Assembly: GCA_018238155.1 (NCBI GenBank)
Contig: JABCTZ010000036.1
Location: 384,001-448,000 of the forward strand
DNA from: Candidatus Heimdallarchaeota archaeon
GTDB taxonomy: Archaea > Asgardarchaeota > Heimdallarchaeia > JABLTI01
DNA length: 64,000 nt
Reading direction: 5' to 3'
Shown: piece after piece, positions 59,476 through 64,000 of the stretch
Layout: every line of letters begins with the position of its first letter
Position numbering within the stretch: position 1 is the first letter of the stretch
Position numbers and translations under genes: made by a program
Notes under the pieces: model-generated
What the model was told of the DNA's origin: nothing
Databases searched by the model: none
The model's input: only the letters and a program-made list of their open reading frames with translations

Positions 59476-60021
59476 TTGTACGAAGGTAAAAAAGTAAAGT
59501 TACGTTCTTTTGAATTGTCTGATATAGATTGTATAATGAAGAATTGGAATAAAATCCATTTGAGAAAGGAATTAGGACCTGTAGTACCGCATTCTCGATC
59601 AGAACGTGAAGCTTGGATAAGGAAAACTTGGGAGTATAGACAGAAAGGTCAAGCATTCATTTTTGCTATTGAAGATATAGCTAGTGGTGATTTTTTAGGC
59701 CATGCAAGCTTAAACAGTGTAACGAAAATAAACCGAACAGCAAAAGTTAGCATTGCAATTTATGACGATAAAAGTAGAGGGAAAGGTTTTGGTACAGATG
59801 CTTTGAGCGTTTTATTAAGAATAGGTTTCGATTATTTGAATTTACATCGTATAGGCTTAAATGTTTTTAATACAAATCCGAGAGCTCATAAAGTCTATGA
59901 GAAAGTTGGTTTCAAAAAAGTTGGTGAATTACGGCACACTGATTTTGTAGAAGGTAAATATGTAAATGATATAGTGATGGATATTCTCGAAGATGAATGG
60001 AGGGCTTTAAAGAAAAATTAG
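59476..60021 (+). CDS. RimJ/RimL-type GNAT acetyltransferase
   Basis: RGKGFGTDAL, LNLHRIGLNV and NPRAHKVYEKVGF motifs. Confidence 0.9.
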   Translation: MYEGKKVKLRSFELSDIDCIMKNWNKIHLRKELGPVVPHSRSEREAWIRKTWEYRQKGQAFIFAIEDIASGDFLGHASLNSVTKINRTAKVSIAIYDDKSRGKGFGTDALSVLLRIGFDYLNLHRIGLNVFNTNPRAHKVYEKVGFKKVGELRHTDFVEGKYVNDIVMDILEDEWRALKKN

Positions 60022-60058
60022 ACTAGCTCACATGAAAACAATGTCACACAAAGTACAA

Positions 60059-60244
60059 TCAACTGAATTTCCTGCCAATTATATTCATATGTTTGTTGAG
60101 TTTATCATGTAACCTATTTACTTGTTGAATAACCGCTTCAATTTCGAAGCGTTCCAACCCATCCAAAGTTGATTCATTCAAAAACTCTTGGTATTTGTCA
60201 ACCAATCTTTGAAATGCTTGTTCAAGATCTCTATTTTTAGTCAT
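60059..60244 (-). CDS. Small helical hypothetical protein
   Basis: 61-aa ORF with GGTGA RBS. Confidence 0.55.
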   Translation of the reverse strand: MTKNRDLEQAFQRLVDKYQEFLNESTLDGLERFEIEAVIQQVNRLHDKLNKHMNIIGRKFS

Positions 60245-60351
60245 TTATATTTCACCAAAAAAGCTCTAATCATCTATTCTTCAAAATAACTTTTAAATTT
60301 ATTTAACGCTAAGTAGAAATTTGTATTCTGATAAAATAATAAGGGTGGGAT

Positions 60352-60494
60352 GAGATGGACTGAAAAAAATTAAGGAGATGATTCAGTCCACCTCGAATCT
60401 TTAGCCGGAGAATGAATTTTTGCTAAAGCGTAATTTTATGTTTTCTCTCCAGGCGAAATGTCGTCAGATGCAGTTTCTGTCGTTTAAGAGCATC
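60352..60494. other. Multi-hairpin intergenic element (possible ncRNA or leader)
   Basis: TGGACTGAA/TTCAGTCCA (60356-60390), CTTTAGC/GCTAAAG (60399-60428) and GATGC/GCATC (60467-60494). Confidence 0.4.
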
Positions 60495-60736
60495 AATGTA
60501 AATATTGTATCTAAATCCGGTCAAATTTTGGCTATGAAATTATGTACATTTGCATTAATTCATATTATTAGTTTCTCATGAAGTTATTAAAGCGTTGTAG
60601 AAATAATGTTCGGTATATATAGTCAAATTGTCAGTATATCTAGAAGATTCATTCAGATGATTTCGTATAAATAAATACTCGTTCTAGCACTTTTTTCATA
60701 CTATTTTCTTTCAACTCCTTAAAAGAAATAGTTGAT

Positions 60737-61330
60737 TTATATTTTAATTAATTGAATTATTCTATCGAAATACTTATTGAAAACCTCTGTCGCCAGAGGC
60801 AAGTCTATTATATTGGCATAGCTGTTTAGTATTCCCAAGTTAATTAAAATTGAGAAGTCACAATCACTCTTTTGTGATAATTTATCTAATTTATGTTTGA
60901 TTTCTTTTTTGTTCAGTTTATCTTTTACTTTTCTTTCAATCATATAAACAAGATTCTGTGTTGATTTTGTGTGTATCTCTTTAATGATTTCACTCAAACA
61001 TAATAGAAATCTAAATGATTTGTTGGAAAGCTGATCTTCTTGCAAGGGCTCAATTTTTTTCTTATAGTTGTTAATTACTTTTCCTCTATCAAAAGGTATT
61101 TTTTCTGCTATGGAAAAAATATATTCTATTTCTTTTTCAGCGTCCCAAAGATCTATTTCAGAAAGAATTCTTTCATGCATTTTTCTAATAATCACGCCAC
61201 TACCTTCGACAGTAATATTCCTAGTATTTCGTCTATCTCGTATTTTATTTGGTTCCAAAAATAATTGCTGATATAGAAGAGACGTTGTAACATTTTCATA
61301 ATCGTGAATTTTTAATTCCTCCAACAACAA
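60737..61330 (-). CDS. Hypothetical protein
   Basis: 197-aa ORF with no recognisable motif. Confidence 0.5.
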   Translation of the reverse strand: MLLEELKIHDYENVTTSLLYQQLFLEPNKIRDRRNTRNITVEGSGVIIRKMHERILSEIDLWDAEKEIEYIFSIAEKIPFDRGKVINNYKKKIEPLQEDQLSNKSFRFLLCLSEIIKEIHTKSTQNLVYMIERKVKDKLNKKEIKHKLDKLSQKSDCDFSILINLGILNSYANIIDLPLATEVFNKYFDRIIQLIKI

Positions 61331-61407
61331 TATACCATCAAGATTTCAATGGGAATAAAGTACATTGCCCTTTATTCTTTTTACTCTTTGGGAATAAATC
61401 ATTCCGT

Positions 61408-61791
61408 TTATTGATGACAAGTACCAATGGTCCAATCTACGAGGTATTTGATAGCTTTTGACAAACTTTCACCCTTTTCTGTTAATGAATATTCAACCTT
61501 TGGTGGTGATTCTGGGAAAACATTACGAATAATGATCTTCTCTTTTGTGAGATCTGCTAATCTAGCTGAAAGAGTTGCATCGCTAATTTTTTCTTTTTTC
61601 CATCCTCTCTGCAACCTTTCCTTAATTTCTTTATACCTGTATACCTTTCCTTCATGTAATATGTGAATTAATTGAATGCTCCATTTTTTACTTATAAGAT
61701 TGAGTATTCGTTGAGCGGGAATTAAACACGGATAACCATTTTCTTCTTTGGAGCAATCACCATTTTCAGTTTCATTTAATTTTTTAATCAT
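61408..61791 (-). CDS. HxlR-family winged-helix regulator
   Basis: LISKKWSIQLI, ISDATLSARLADL and PPKVEYSLTEKG motifs. N-terminal Cys (YPC). Confidence 0.9.
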   Translation of the reverse strand: MIKKLNETENGDCSKEENGYPCLIPAQRILNLISKKWSIQLIHILHEGKVYRYKEIKERLQRGWKKEKISDATLSARLADLTKEKIIIRNVFPESPPKVEYSLTEKGESLSKAIKYLVDWTIGTCHQ

Positions 61792-61848
61792 GTTACTTCA
61801 CTTGCTTTGAGTTACTAAATAATTTTTAAGTGACACTTTATATATAAT

Positions 61849-61890
61849 TACTTTGATAACTAAAGTAATAATACTTTAAAAACTAAAGTA
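61849..61890. promoter_or_regulatory. Tandem palindromic operator pair TACTTT-N7-AAAGTA
   Basis: TACTTTGATAACTAAAGTA (61849-61867) and TACTTTAAAAACTAAAGTA (61872-61890), between hxlR and a divergent small ORF. Confidence 0.65.
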
Positions 61891-61900
61891 GAGTGATATT

Positions 61901-62059
61901 ATGGCATGTGGATGTAAAGACAGAAAACAAACGAAATGTGGTAGCGAAAACACTGATAAAAGTGTAGAAGAACAATTAAAACATTTAAAAGATTGCAAAG
62001 CGAGCTTCTCTCTGAAAGTCAAAGAAATTGATGAAGCAATTGCAAAAATAAACAATTAA
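61901..62059 (+). CDS. 52-aa Cys-containing coiled-coil protein divergent from hxlR (below the ORF-track cutoff)
   Basis: MACGCKDRKQTKCGSENTDKSVEEQLKHLKDCKASFSLKVKEIDEAIAKINN. GAGTGA RBS. Confidence 0.6.
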   Translation: MACGCKDRKQTKCGSENTDKSVEEQLKHLKDCKASFSLKVKEIDEAIAKINN

Positions 62060-62099
62060 TAGCAATTAACTTCGAGGAGATATTTAAAATATCGATGAT

Positions 62100-64000
<1,901 letters not shown>

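Overview
AT-rich (about 30-35% GC by eye), gene-dense prokaryotic window that looks like an Asgard archaeon, probably Heimdallarchaeia-like. This is an inference from a zinc-ribbon/RING-type protein, a TPR protein with a C-terminal longin/roadblock-like module, an Rpb9/TFS-like zinc ribbon, many small Zn-finger proteins and GGTGA/GGAGA ribosome-binding sites. The centrepiece (about 20.5-38.9 kb) is an apparently self-sufficient type I iterative PKS/FAS locus. It has biotin ligase, an alpha/beta hydrolase, BCCP and biotin carboxylase, then divergently a carboxyltransferase, a 3574-aa megasynthase (ER*-ER-KS-AT-KS-ACP-ACP-KR-DH-PPTase) and two wHTH proteins. Both ACPs carry Thr instead of the canonical phosphopantetheine Ser, and both KS domains keep a Cys-His-His triad. 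Next to the locus are a speD-bpsA branched-polyamine pair (SpeD also has Thr at its Ser processing site) and a DegV fatty-acid-binding protein, with a stand-alone HHxxxDG acyltransferase further upstream. The rest is housekeeping or accessory: nadB, TET peptidase, FKBP, a ThiI-like protein, MFS/ABC transporters, an orphan DNA methyltransferase, a bactofilin-like protein, HxlR and a GH2 beta-galactosidase. I saw no rRNA, tRNA, CRISPR array or transposase. All calls come from motif recognition by eye, with no database searches.
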